Shown here piece after piece: positions 47,577 through 61,511 of a stretch of DNA of 64,000 nucleotides. Location: positions 28,366-92,365 of the forward strand of contig JAZDHZ010000003.1 in assembly GCA_043805415.1 (NCBI GenBank). The letters are read 5' to 3'. This DNA is from Candidatus Omnitrophota bacterium (GTDB lineage Bacteria; Omnitrophota; Gorgyraeia; B26-G9). The first letter of the stretch is position 1. Each line of letters begins with the position of its first letter. A program made the translations under genes and the position numbers. Below the pieces are notes generated by a model. The model was not told the origin of the DNA. It was given only the letters and a program-made list of their open reading frames with translations, and searched no databases.

Positions 47577-48710
47577 ATGAGAAAAAACCATTTATTAACT
47601 CCAGGCCCAACACAAGTTCCACCGGAAGTGCTGCTTTCCATGTCAAAACCGATAATTCATCATCGTACTCCTGAGTTTATGGCTATTTTTAAAGAACTCA
47701 ATGAAAATCTTAAATATGTTTTCCAAACTAAAAACGATGTGTTTACCTTTACTTCTTCCGGAACCGGAGCAATGGAGGCAGCTGTAGCGAATTTACTTAG
47801 TGCTGGGGACACAGCGATTTGTATCCAAGCAGGTAAATTTGGAGAGCGTTGGACTGAAATATGTAAAGCTTATGGTGTTAAACCAGTTGTTATTGATGTT
47901 GAATGGGGATATGCTGTTGACCCTGTAGCAGTCAAAAAAGCGCTTAATGAAAATAAAGAGGCAAAAGTTGTATTTACCACTCAATGTGAAACTTCAACTG
48001 GTGTTTTAACTGATATTAAAGCAATTGCTGAAATTACTAAAAATACGGATGTGGTAATCGTGACTGATGCAATAAGCGCATTAGGCGGAGTTGAACTTAA
48101 GACTGATGAATGGGGCATTGATGTTGTTGTTTGCGGATCGCAAAAAAGTTTAATGATTCCTCCGGGGCTGGCTTTTTGTTCTGTTAGTAAAAAGGCATGG
48201 AAATTAGTTGAAACGTCAAAATCACCGCGTTATTATTTTGATATGCGCGCGGCAAAAAAAGCTTTAGATAAAAACGATACGGCATATACTCCAGCAGTAA
48301 CATTATGTATTGGTTTAAATGAAGCATTAAAGATGATCAAAGCCGAAACTTTGGAAAAAGCAATTGCTCGCCAGAGTAAATTAGCAGCGGCTATTCGCAG
48401 CGCGGTAAAAGCGTTAGGGCTAAAAGTATATGCTAAAAATCCAGCTGATGTTGTTACTTCAATTTCTTTACCTGAAACAATTAATGGCGAGGCATTGGTC
48501 AAGACAATGCGTGAAGTTTATGGTGTGGGAATTGCTGGGGGACAGGAGCATTTAAAAGGTAAAATTATCCGCATAGCTTCAATGGGATATATGAATGAAT
48601 TTGATGTAATTGTTGGGATTAGTTGCTTAGAAATCGTGCTTAAAAAAATGGGTTATAAATTCGAAGCAGGCATTGGTGTCGGTGCCGCGGAAAATGAACT
48701 TTTAAAGTAG
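47577..48710 (+). CDS. Class V aminotransferase (alanine-glyoxylate/serine-pyruvate family; likely phosphoserine aminotransferase role)
   Basis: LLTPGPT, SSGTGAMEAA, ETSTG, GSQKSLMIPPG; adjacent to serA. Confidence 0.88.
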   Translation: MRKNHLLTPGPTQVPPEVLLSMSKPIIHHRTPEFMAIFKELNENLKYVFQTKNDVFTFTSSGTGAMEAAVANLLSAGDTAICIQAGKFGERWTEICKAYGVKPVVIDVEWGYAVDPVAVKKALNENKEAKVVFTTQCETSTGVLTDIKAIAEITKNTDVVIVTDAISALGGVELKTDEWGIDVVVCGSQKSLMIPPGLAFCSVSKKAWKLVETSKSPRYYFDMRAAKKALDKNDTAYTPAVTLCIGLNEALKMIKAETLEKAIARQSKLAAAIRSAVKALGLKVYAKNPADVVTSISLPETINGEALVKTMREVYGVGIAGGQEHLKGKIIRIASMGYMNEFDVIVGISCLEIVLKKMGYKFEAGIGVGAAENELLK

Positions 48711-48724
48711 GAGCAATATTGATA

Positions 48725-50302
48725 ATGAAAGTATTAATAAGTGATCCTCTATCAGAAGAAGGCTTGAAAATATTAGAAGATCGTAAAATCGCATTTGATT
48801 GCAAATCAAAGCTTTCGCCAGAAGAGTTGAAAAAAATAATCGGCAATTATGAGGCATTGATCATTCGCAGCGGAACAAAAGCAACTGCAGAGATAATTGA
48901 GGCAGGTGATAAACTTAAAGTTATCGGCAGGGCCGGAGTTGGAATAGATAATGTTGATCTAGAAGCAGCTTCTAAAAAAGGGATTATAGTTATGAATACT
49001 CCCGGAGGCAATACTATTTCAACAGCAGAACATACCGTAAGTATGCTGCTGGCTTTAAACCGTAATATCCCTCAAGCTAATGCTTCGGTGAAAAGCGGCG
49101 CCTGGGATAGAAAAAGTTTTTCCGCGCGGGAGCTATCAGGCAAATGTTTAGGGATTATTGGTTTAGGCAGAATTGGTTTGGAAGTGGCAAAACGCGCGCA
49201 GTCATTTGGCATGAAAATTATTGCACATGACCCTTTCCTTTCTCAGAAAAAAGCTGAGCAGCTGGATATCGAATTAGTTGAGCTTGATGGTTTATTTAGT
49301 AAAATCGATTTTCTTACAGTACACACTCCTTTAACTCCAGAGACAAAGCATATGATTAGCGCAAAACAATTCGCGCAAATGAAAAAAGGCGTAAAAATTT
49401 TAAATTGCGCTCGAGGCGGAATTGTAGATGAAGCTGCTTTACTAAAGGCAATAGAATCAGGCATTGTTGATGGGGCTGCATTGGATGTTTTTGAAATAGA
49501 ACCGCCAAAAAATAATCCGCTAATTGCTTTAGATTGTGTTATTGCAACTCCGCATTTAGGCGCTTCGACTACGGAAGCCCAGGTTAATGTGGCAGTTGAA
49601 ATTGCTGAGCAAGTAGCTGATCTTTTACAGGGCAAGGGGGTGCGCAATGCTTTGAATTATCCTTGTCTTGAAGGCGATGTTTGCGCTGTGCTTGAGCCAT
49701 ATATTAAATTGGCTGAAAAACTCGGAAGTTTCTCTAGCCAGATTATTTCTGGACATATTAATAAAGTAAGTATAAAATATTCAGGTGAGATAGTAAATCA
49801 AGATATAGCACCAGTTACGCTTGCTTTGCTCAAAGGATTGCTTGCTTTTAAACTTGGCGAATCTGTAAATTATGTTAATGCGCCGTTTATAGCTAAAGAG
49901 CGCGGCATTGAAGTAAGTGAAACTAAAATTTTGGAAAATGAAAAATTTTCAAATCTTATAAGTGTTGAGGTAGAGACAGATAAAGGTCAGAGTTTGGTTA
50001 GCGGGACTTTATTTGCTAAAGACAAACCGCGGATAGTTAGAATTAATAATTTTTATATTGATACTATTCCAGAAGGAAATGTCTTGATTACGAATAATAT
50101 TGATTCCCCAGGTATTGTGGGGAAGGTGGGCACAATCCTCGGAAATAATAAAGTTAATATTGCCGCGATGACTTTTGGTAAAACTGGAGGCAGTGGTAAT
50201 TCTATGGTTGTTTTAAATGTGGATAGTGAAATCACGGAAGATGTTCTTGCTGAAATTAAAAAGTGTAAGAATGTTACTGATGCTAAAGTTATTAGACTAT
50301 AG
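48725..50302 (+). CDS. serA: D-3-phosphoglycerate dehydrogenase
   Basis: GRAGVGIDNVD, GLGRIG, NCARGG, TPHLGAST; C-terminal ACT domain. Confidence 0.96.
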   Translation: MKVLISDPLSEEGLKILEDRKIAFDCKSKLSPEELKKIIGNYEALIIRSGTKATAEIIEAGDKLKVIGRAGVGIDNVDLEAASKKGIIVMNTPGGNTISTAEHTVSMLLALNRNIPQANASVKSGAWDRKSFSARELSGKCLGIIGLGRIGLEVAKRAQSFGMKIIAHDPFLSQKKAEQLDIELVELDGLFSKIDFLTVHTPLTPETKHMISAKQFAQMKKGVKILNCARGGIVDEAALLKAIESGIVDGAALDVFEIEPPKNNPLIALDCVIATPHLGASTTEAQVNVAVEIAEQVADLLQGKGVRNALNYPCLEGDVCAVLEPYIKLAEKLGSFSSQIISGHINKVSIKYSGEIVNQDIAPVTLALLKGLLAFKLGESVNYVNAPFIAKERGIEVSETKILENEKFSNLISVEVETDKGQSLVSGTLFAKDKPRIVRINNFYIDTIPEGNVLITNNIDSPGIVGKVGTILGNNKVNIAAMTFGKTGGSGNSMVVLNVDSEITEDVLAEIKKCKNVTDAKVIRL

Positions 50303-50335
50303 ATAATCTAATCTTGTAATAACATGGGGGGGGCA

Positions 50336-52045
50336 ATGAAGAGTAAAATACTATTACTTTGTGTTCTGTTTGTTGGAATAATGTCTGTTTCTGCAACTGT
50401 TATGGCTCAGCCGGCGATTATTAATGATATTGTTATCGATACGCAGGATTCTTCAGTAAAACTTACCATCACTTCTAGCCAAACTTTGCAGATAGAAACA
50501 TTTAAAAATGACGAAAGCCCGGCCAATTATATTGTTTTGGATTTCATTGGAACTGTTTACACGAATTTGCCCTCAATAATAGATGTAGGTAAGGGGGCTG
50601 TTGAAAAAGTTAGTCTGGTTAGAGGAGAAGAAAGCCAAATTTCAATCGATGGAGAACCGTATTATTCTCTTGATTTTCTAGCAATAAATCTTACCAGCGC
50701 TGCTGATTATCGCGTTAGCCAATCTAAATCAGTTATTGATTTGAGTATTGGAGATACAGAGGTAGCCAAAGTAGCAGAAGTTGAAAAAGCAGCCGCAGCT
50801 TCTTTTTCAACAGACAAGGCTGTTGAGCTTAGCCCCCCGATTGTTGTTTCAAGAAAACAAAAAACAATAGAGCCTGTAGAGACTAATTATGCGTATCCAA
50901 GTTATGAGCAGTCTGCTTATGCTTCAAAGTATGAGGATTCGTCTCTTACCAAAGAAACTGCTACTATTGCTAGCGAAGAAAAGCCAGAGGAAGTAAAAGA
51001 ACTTACGCGTACTGAAAGAAGAGAAATAGCAAGCCAAAAAAGAAAAGCAAAACTGGCTGCAAAAAGAGCCGCAAGCTCAAAACAAAAATCTCGAACCGAA
51101 AAAACAAAAGGCGGGTTTTTATTTTTTGGCAAAAGAAGTGAGCCAACTGAAACTAAGGAAGTTGTGCCTGATGAAAAAGAACTAGTTGTAAGAAAAGTAG
51201 TAGTTAAGAATCCTCAGACCGAAAAGGAAAATTATTTAATTGACAGCATTGTAAATGAGACAATAAGAGAAAAACAAAAAACATCAGATCGTATTGAAGA
51301 TTTGACTATGGAATTAAAAAACTTGCAGCAGGCTTTGTATTTATCAAAAGGCCAGAAATCTCAGCTTGATGAAAAGATTAATGAGATTTTAGCAAAGCTT
51401 GATCAGTTAAAAAGTTCTTTAGACGAAGAAATTAGAAGGCGTCAAGCATTAGGGGAAAAAGTGGATGATCTTATTGCTCAGCGCAATGCCTATATTAAAG
51501 CAAAGAAAGATTATGAGGATTTTCAGATGCAGCTGAATAGAGTAAGCGCATCGGTAGATGATTTAAATACAGAAGTTAAAAAAGTGAGCAGTAATCTTGA
51601 TCTTGTTCGGTTTGAAAAGAAAAAGTTAGAAAACGATGTAAATGCGATGGAGTCTGAATATACTCAAATAAAAACTGGGTATGAAAATGCTCTAAAGGTA
51701 AAGGATGCAATTACAGTAACTGTTGAAAAGCTTAGTCGGGAAATTGATGAATTACGCCAGAAACTGGATAAAACAATTGAAGATAAAAACCGGATTGTTG
51801 CTGATTTGAAAAATTTTGAAAATCAAAGTAAATATAGCGGTGCTGAATTAGCAAGACTTAAGCAGCTTTTATTAGATAAAAATGCTATACTTGTTGAGCT
51901 GGCACAAAGATATGACCAACTTAAGACAAGTTTAGATTTAGCTGTATCTGAGAAATTTAAAGTTGAATATTCATACCGAAATGCTAAAACTGAGTTTGAA
52001 AGAATTAAACGCGAAATTGAAACATATTTACAAAACAATAAATAG
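50336..52045 (+). CDS. Exported protein: AMIN-like N-domain, low-complexity linker, long coiled coil
   Basis: Signal peptide (..VMAQ), beta-rich N-domain, heptad-rich C-half. Confidence 0.7.
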   Translation: MKSKILLLCVLFVGIMSVSATVMAQPAIINDIVIDTQDSSVKLTITSSQTLQIETFKNDESPANYIVLDFIGTVYTNLPSIIDVGKGAVEKVSLVRGEESQISIDGEPYYSLDFLAINLTSAADYRVSQSKSVIDLSIGDTEVAKVAEVEKAAAASFSTDKAVELSPPIVVSRKQKTIEPVETNYAYPSYEQSAYASKYEDSSLTKETATIASEEKPEEVKELTRTERREIASQKRKAKLAAKRAASSKQKSRTEKTKGGFLFFGKRSEPTETKEVVPDEKELVVRKVVVKNPQTEKENYLIDSIVNETIREKQKTSDRIEDLTMELKNLQQALYLSKGQKSQLDEKINEILAKLDQLKSSLDEEIRRRQALGEKVDDLIAQRNAYIKAKKDYEDFQMQLNRVSASVDDLNTEVKKVSSNLDLVRFEKKKLENDVNAMESEYTQIKTGYENALKVKDAITVTVEKLSREIDELRQKLDKTIEDKNRIVADLKNFENQSKYSGAELARLKQLLLDKNAILVELAQRYDQLKTSLDLAVSEKFKVEYSYRNAKTEFERIKREIETYLQNNK

Positions 52046-52115
52046 GCTTAATTTTTATAAAACAATAAAGTTTAAGTGTGAAACCGCGGGATTAAATCGA
52101 GTATAAGGAGGTTAC

Positions 52116-55665
<3,550 letters not shown>

Positions 55666-55685
55666 AATAGGAGCGAGGACGAATA

Positions 55686-56348
55686 ATGATTGATGTTTAT
55701 GAGATAGCAACGCGGTTAATGATTGCTACACTTTTAAGCGGTCTAATTGGCTATGAGCGTGAAGTACACGGCCGTGCCGCCGGGTTGCGGACAACGATAT
55801 TAGTTGGGGTCGGATCCTGCCTTGTAATGTTAACATCAATGAATCTAAATGCAATGTATCAAGGAATTGCTAATGTCGATCCTTCCAGAATCCCAGCGCA
55901 AGTAGTAAGCGGGATTGGTTTTTTAGGAGCAGGAACGATATTGCGGTTTAACGCTTCAGTTCGGGGTTTAACTACTGCCGCGGGGCTTTGGGCAGTTGCG
56001 GGTATTGGGATTGCTATTGGCTGCGGATTCTATTCAGCTGCTTTTTTAACTACTGGTTTTATTTTTATAGTACTGGTGGCTTTATCGCGTTTCGAGCGGA
56101 GAATCACTAGATCTACTGAGCGAATCTTAAATGTTGAGGGTGTTGGAGGTATTGATCTTTTGAGTGAAATCACAAACACAATTGATGCATTAGAGGCAGA
56201 GATTAAAAATATTGACATAAAACACACTCCTAATTCAGAGAGTTTTAATGTTTCAATGCATTTACAGTTTTATGCAGTGAAAATAAATAATCAAATAACA
56301 ACTTCTCTGTTACGAATCAATGGCGTCACTTCTGTAAAATGGGTCTGA
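55686..56348 (+). CDS. MgtC/SapB family membrane protein
   Basis: IGYERE..AAGLRT, AQVVSGIGFLGAGTI, GLTTAAGLW. Confidence 0.92.
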   Translation: MIDVYEIATRLMIATLLSGLIGYEREVHGRAAGLRTTILVGVGSCLVMLTSMNLNAMYQGIANVDPSRIPAQVVSGIGFLGAGTILRFNASVRGLTTAAGLWAVAGIGIAIGCGFYSAAFLTTGFIFIVLVALSRFERRITRSTERILNVEGVGGIDLLSEITNTIDALEAEIKNIDIKHTPNSESFNVSMHLQFYAVKINNQITTSLLRINGVTSVKWV

Positions 56349-57049
56349 AAAAAGTTAAAACCACCTTACCGACAAAGACACATAAGATTCTCATGAGTAA
56401 TAAAAACTCCTGTTCTGCCAGAATCGATATTGCCCGTGAAAAACGTCGAGGATTTCCGGAAGTTATTTATTGCCCGGGTAAAAAAATTAATCAAATTAAG
56501 AAGATAGCCCAGTGCATTCTTGAACACAATGATACTTTGCTGCTTACCAGAGCCAATGATCAGATATATAAAGCAATAAAAACAATAAGCAAAAAAGTTG
56601 TTTATAATAAAGAGGCAAATCTTATTTATGTGGCCAATAATAAGAGAATTGTAAAAAAAGGGCTTATTCTTGTGATCAGCGCGGGAACAAGTGATATCCC
56701 TGTGGCAGAAGAAGCAGCGGTTACCGCGGAGCTTATGAATAATCGGGTTGAGCGGCTTTATGATGTTGGCGTTGCCGGAATCCATCGTTTGCTTGATGAA
56801 TCAGATATTCTAAAAAAAGCCGATGTGCTTGTTGTTGTGGCTGGTATGGAAGGGGCATTGGCCAGTGTTGTTAGCGGTATGGTGGATAAGCCAGTTATTG
56901 GGGTACCAACAAGCGTTGGATACGGAGCTAGTTTTCAAGGTATAGCGCCACTTTTGACAATGCTTAATTCGTGTTCTCCAGGAGTAAGTGTTGTAAACAT
57001 TGATAATGGTTTTGGCGCGGGATATCTTGCCGGATTGATTAATAAATAG
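56339..57049 (+). CDS. larB: Nickel pincer cofactor biosynthesis protein LarB (start uncertain; alternative 56393)
   Basis: RRGFPEVIY, AGTSDIPVAEEA, DVGVAGIHRL, AGMEGAL, VNIDNGFGA. Confidence 0.92.
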   Translation: MGLKKVKTTLPTKTHKILMSNKNSCSARIDIAREKRRGFPEVIYCPGKKINQIKKIAQCILEHNDTLLLTRANDQIYKAIKTISKKVVYNKEANLIYVANNKRIVKKGLILVISAGTSDIPVAEEAAVTAELMNNRVERLYDVGVAGIHRLLDESDILKKADVLVVVAGMEGALASVVSGMVDKPVIGVPTSVGYGASFQGIAPLLTMLNSCSPGVSVVNIDNGFGAGYLAGLINK

Positions 57050-57346
57050 CGTATAGCGCTTGGCTGATAGCTGATGGCTCATAGCTCATGGCTCATGGTC
57101 AAAAGCAGAGAACCAATTACTAATTACTAAACTCTAAATAAACCCAAATGACTAAAGTCAAAAGCACAAAAAGAAATATAAAAAAATTTAATTTTTATGC
57201 TGAGTTTATAATTTTGGATTTATTTTGGATTTAGAGTTTATGGTTTAGAGTTTTTTAAAAAACTATCGACTATTAGCTATTGACCATTGACCTTGCGAAT
57301 AAACGCAATACGCGATACTCAATACGCAATACAGAAGACTAAACGC
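57047..57346. repeat. Three-layer nested inverted heptamer-repeat structure
   Basis: AGCGTAT | GCTGATA/GCTCATG | TTACTAA/ACTCTAA ... TTAGAGT | CTATTAG/CCATTGA | ACGCAAT. Confidence 0.8.
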
Positions 57347-57355
57347 AGGGGTTTT

Positions 57356-58534
57356 ATGAAGATTGCCTATTTTGATTGTTGCTCCGGGATAAGCGGAGAT
57401 ATGGTGCTGGGAGCTTTTATAGATCTTGGCCTATCCCCCCAGAAGCTGAAAGCAGAGCTTTCTAAGCTAATGATTGGGTCCTTTGATTTAAAAATAAAAA
57501 AAGTTAAGCGTGGACATATCAGGGCAACAAAAGTAGATGTGATTTCTGGATATAAGAAAAAGTTTAATGATCTTGAGAGTATGATTAGGGTTATTGATAA
57601 AAGCAAGTTTGATTTAAACACCAAAGATCAGATTGAAAATATTTTAATAAAACTTGCCAAAGCAGAAGCTAAAGTCCATAAACAGCCTTTGAGTCAGATT
57701 CATTTTCATCAATTGGGGCAGATAGATACAATAATTGATATCGCCGGATGTGTTTTAGCGATTAAAATGCTTGAGATTGAAAAAATATATGCAAGTGCTG
57801 TAGTATCAGGCACTGGGACTATAAAATTTGCCAAGCATGTTTTTCCTTTGCCAGCTCCAGCAGCGCTTGAATTGCTAAAAACCCGGACAATTGAAATTAA
57901 TCCGGAAATTAAGCATGAAACAGTTACCCCTACAGGGGCAGTGCTATTATCTTGTTTAACGCAACAAGTATCAGCTATGCCTGCTCTGCGGGTGCTTAAA
58001 ATTGGTTATGGCGCTGGAGCATATGAATCAGAGTGCCTGCCCAATGCGTTTAGAATTGTTATTGGAGAGGTTGATAACTATAAACAGCTGGATACGATTA
58101 CAGTTGTTGAAACTAATATTGATGATACTTTGGGACTTAATTTTGATCTATTATTTGAGCGTTTGTTTAAAGCCAAGGCTTTAGATGTTTTTACCTGCGC
58201 AATTATGATGAAAAAGCAAAGGCCGGGGATTTTACTCCAGGTCCAAACTGAGGAAAAAGATTTGGAGCCTGTTATTAGGTTGCTGTTTGAGGAGACTTCG
58301 ACGATTGGGGTTAGGATAAATAAAGTTGTTCGTCGGAAATTAAGCAGAAAAACCTTGAATATTCGCACTGATTATGGGATAATTGTGAGAGTAAAAATTG
58401 CATCCTCTGATGAAAAAATACTAAATATAGCTCCGGAATATGAAGATTGTAAGTTGATCGCAATAAAGAAATCTCTACCGTTTAAAGTTGTTTATGAAAG
58501 GGTTAAAGCGCAGGCTTTAAAAAGGTTTGGTTAA
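57356..58534 (+). CDS. larC: Nickel pincer cofactor nickel insertase LarC
   Basis: YFDCCSGISGDM, AEAKVH, HFH, TPTGA, ETNIDD, MKKQRPG, ETSTIGVR, PEYEDC. Confidence 0.93.
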   Translation: MKIAYFDCCSGISGDMVLGAFIDLGLSPQKLKAELSKLMIGSFDLKIKKVKRGHIRATKVDVISGYKKKFNDLESMIRVIDKSKFDLNTKDQIENILIKLAKAEAKVHKQPLSQIHFHQLGQIDTIIDIAGCVLAIKMLEIEKIYASAVVSGTGTIKFAKHVFPLPAPAALELLKTRTIEINPEIKHETVTPTGAVLLSCLTQQVSAMPALRVLKIGYGAGAYESECLPNAFRIVIGEVDNYKQLDTITVVETNIDDTLGLNFDLLFERLFKAKALDVFTCAIMMKKQRPGILLQVQTEEKDLEPVIRLLFEETSTIGVRINKVVRRKLSRKTLNIRTDYGIIVRVKIASSDEKILNIAPEYEDCKLIAIKKSLPFKVVYERVKAQALKRFG

Positions 58535-58535
58535 A

Positions 58536-59381
58536 ATGGCCGCAAAGAGAAAGATATATACTTTAGTTGTGCCGCGTTTTGAGGATATATTTCATAGTTT
58601 TTTTGCTCAAGAGATCATTAAAGGCGCTACTTCAGCAGCAAGCCGGCTTAATGTCGATGTCTTGATCCATATTGTTGAACGCGGACAGAATATTGATTTA
58701 TTTTCCAGTGTGCTTTCTATTGCCCAGATTTGTGAGGGTATAATTTTTGCTGATATTGACCAAGAAAGAGTTGCTTTAAAAAAAGTTATTAGCTCAAGTA
58801 AACCATGTGTAGTATTAAATAATTCATTTCTTGAGCCGATTAACTGTATAAGTATTGATAATTATAAAGCAACAAGAAATGTTATGGAGTATCTTATAAG
58901 TTTAGGGCATACTCGTATTGCCACAATATGCGGGGATTTAACTACGGAAGCGGGTAATGAACGGCTTAAAGGCTATAATGATGCCCTAAATGCTAAAGGG
59001 ATTCCGGTGGAAAATCAATACATAAAAAAAGGAGAGTTTTTAAGAACCCCAGCAAGACGGGCAGCAGAACGTCTGCTTAGTTTAAATGAACGGCCTACAG
59101 CAATTTTCGCTGCATCTGATGTAATGGCTTTAGAAGTACTTGATGTGGCTAAAAAGAAAAATATTGTTGTGCCCAAACAATTATCGGTCATCGGATTTGA
59201 TGATAATCCATTAAACAGTTATAGTGCAATTGGTTTAACCACGGTTAGGCAGCCAATAGCGGAAATGGCTAGGCTGGGACTGGAAATGCTCGATCGAATT
59301 GTTATGAAAAAAGAAAAAACGCCAGTGCAAAGTAAATTAAACGCAAGATTGATAAAAAGAGATACATGTGAGAAAATCTAA
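58536..59381 (+). CDS. LacI-family effector-binding domain protein lacking the HTH
   Basis: IDNY, LGHTRIA, RLKGY, PTAIFAASD, SVIGFDD, LTTVRQP. Confidence 0.85.
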   Translation: MAAKRKIYTLVVPRFEDIFHSFFAQEIIKGATSAASRLNVDVLIHIVERGQNIDLFSSVLSIAQICEGIIFADIDQERVALKKVISSSKPCVVLNNSFLEPINCISIDNYKATRNVMEYLISLGHTRIATICGDLTTEAGNERLKGYNDALNAKGIPVENQYIKKGEFLRTPARRAAERLLSLNERPTAIFAASDVMALEVLDVAKKKNIVVPKQLSVIGFDDNPLNSYSAIGLTTVRQPIAEMARLGLEMLDRIVMKKEKTPVQSKLNARLIKRDTCEKI

Positions 59382-59395
59382 AGGGAGGAAATAAA

Positions 59396-59791
59396 ATGCT
59401 GCATACAATATTGTTAGTTATTCATATAATTGTTTCGCTTTTTCTGATATTTATTATTCTGATTCAAAGCGGAAAAGGGGAAGGGCTTTCTGATGTTTTC
59501 GGCGGAGGTTCCAGCCAGACAACTATATTCGGGACAAGAACCGGTAATTTTTTAACCAAAGCAACAACAGCTTCAGCAGTTATTTTTATGATTACATGTC
59601 TGAGCCTTGCTTTTTTATCTAAGCGGACGGGAAATTCGGTTATTACTCAGGAACTTATGAAAAAACAGGCTGTAGAAAAAGTCCAGAAGATAATGAATCC
59701 GGAAAAAGAATCGGCTCAAACACAAGGAGTTGCAGAGGAAACCGTAGATGTTGCTCAGGATAAAGTTTCCGAACAACCAGCAAATAAATAA
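59396..59791 (+). CDS. secG: Preprotein translocase subunit SecG
   Basis: ILIQSGKGEGLSDVFGGG..FLTKAT. Confidence 0.93.
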   Translation: MLHTILLVIHIIVSLFLIFIILIQSGKGEGLSDVFGGGSSQTTIFGTRTGNFLTKATTASAVIFMITCLSLAFLSKRTGNSVITQELMKKQAVEKVQKIMNPEKESAQTQGVAEETVDVAQDKVSEQPANK

Positions 59792-59865
59792 TAAGTGCAG
59801 AACATTAAACCAGACAATTTAAAAATAAATATATCCTTGATAAATTGCTTCAAGGGAGGATGATT

Positions 59866-61506
59866 ATGCAGAAAAGAATACCGCTTTTGGCGGTATTTTT
59901 TTTTCTTGCTTTGAGTTTCAGCTTAAATTTATGTTCATGCTCAAACCAAGAAAAAAATGATTCAGCTTTTGGTCCGGATTTAAATGTTCCAGCTTATGGA
60001 GATATTATTGTTGAGGCAACAAGTGCTGATGCCCGAACACTTATACCCATACTAGCTAGTGATGGGGCATCTTCGCAGATTTGCGGCCTTATTTTTAATG
60101 GTTTAGTTAAGTATGACAAAGATTTGTTTTTAGTCGGAGATTTAGCGGAAAATTGGGAAGTTTTAGAAGACGGCTTGGTTATAATATTCCATTTAAAAAA
60201 AGGAATCAAGTGGCATGATGGGGCATTGTTTAGTGCTGCGGATGTTGAATTTACTTATAAATCATTGATTGATCCCAAGATTAGAACTCCCTATAGCGGT
60301 GATTTTGAAAAAGTAAAAAGTTTTGAAGTTTTGGATGATTACACTCTAAAGATAACTTATAAAGAACCATTTTCTCCAGGTCTTGCCAGTTGGGGGATGG
60401 GAATAATGCCAAAACATATTCTGGAAAAGGAAGATTTAAATGTAACCGGATTCTCCCGCAAACCCATAGGTACTGGTCCTTATAAACTAACAACATGGAA
60501 AACCCAGGAATCTATTGTTCTTGATTCAAATAAAGAATATTTTGAAGGAAGACCGTATATAGATAAATGTGTTTTCAGGATTATTCCTGATGGGGTTACA
60601 ATGTTTCTTGAATTGCAGACCAGAGGCATTGATTATATGGGTTTATCTTGTTTGCAATACGCCCGTCAAACAGACACTCCTTTTTTTAAAAAACAATATA
60701 ATAAATTTCGCTATCAAGGATTTAGTTTTACCTATATGGCATATAATCTTAAAGACCCAAAATTCTCTGATCCGCGCATAAGGCAGGCTATAAATTGCGC
60801 GATTGACAGACAAGAACTTATCGAAGGCGTATTATTAGGAATGGCAACAGAATGTACTGGTCCTTTTGCCTATCGTTCTTGGGCATATAATAAAGATATT
60901 AAAACCGTAAAATTTAATCCCAATAAGTCATTAGAACTGCTTGGGCAAGCTGGATGGGTGTTAAATCAAGATGGGGTACTGGAAAAAAATGGTGAGATTT
61001 TTGAATTTACAATTATTACTAATCAAGGCAATGATGAGCGGAAAAGAGCAGCGGAGATTATCCAAAAGCGATTGAGTAAAATTGGAATGCGGGTTAAAAT
61101 AAAAATAGTAGAATGGAGCGCGTTTATTAATGAATTTGTTAATCAGCGTAAATTTGAAACATTGCTTCTGGGTTGGTCAATGTCGCTTGATCCTGATATT
61201 TATGATATTTGGCATTCAAGCAAAACAAAACCCGGTGAGTTCAATTTTATCAGTTATAAAAACGAGGAAGTAGACACATTGCTCGAGCAAGGCAGACGCG
61301 AATTTGATCAGGAAAAGCGCAGACAAATATATAACCGCGTCCATGAAATTATTTATAATGAACAGCCGTATTTATTTTTATATAATCCAGATACTTTGCC
61401 GATTATAAACAGTCGATTTCAAGGAATTAAAATAGCTCCCGCGGGAATAAGCTATAACTCTATCAAATGGTATGTTCCTAAATCAAGACAGGTTTATCAG
61501 CAATAA
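59866..61506 (+). CDS. Peptide ABC transporter substrate-binding lipoprotein (family 5)
   Basis: LIFNGLVKYD, GDLAENW, KWHDG, PIGTGPY. Confidence 0.92.
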   Translation: MQKRIPLLAVFFFLALSFSLNLCSCSNQEKNDSAFGPDLNVPAYGDIIVEATSADARTLIPILASDGASSQICGLIFNGLVKYDKDLFLVGDLAENWEVLEDGLVIIFHLKKGIKWHDGALFSAADVEFTYKSLIDPKIRTPYSGDFEKVKSFEVLDDYTLKITYKEPFSPGLASWGMGIMPKHILEKEDLNVTGFSRKPIGTGPYKLTTWKTQESIVLDSNKEYFEGRPYIDKCVFRIIPDGVTMFLELQTRGIDYMGLSCLQYARQTDTPFFKKQYNKFRYQGFSFTYMAYNLKDPKFSDPRIRQAINCAIDRQELIEGVLLGMATECTGPFAYRSWAYNKDIKTVKFNPNKSLELLGQAGWVLNQDGVLEKNGEIFEFTIITNQGNDERKRAAEIIQKRLSKIGMRVKIKIVEWSAFINEFVNQRKFETLLLGWSMSLDPDIYDIWHSSKTKPGEFNFISYKNEEVDTLLEQGRREFDQEKRRQIYNRVHEIIYNEQPYLFLYNPDTLPIINSRFQGIKIAPAGISYNSIKWYVPKSRQVYQQ

Positions 61507-61511
61507 ATTTT

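Noticed and set aside
57287-57355. N-terminal extensions from upstream starts (larC, ktrB, dapA, rsmA, fhs, rpsI)
   Set aside because: ORF-caller artefacts; downstream starts match the family N-termini and, for most, an SD. The larC extension is translated heptamer repeat
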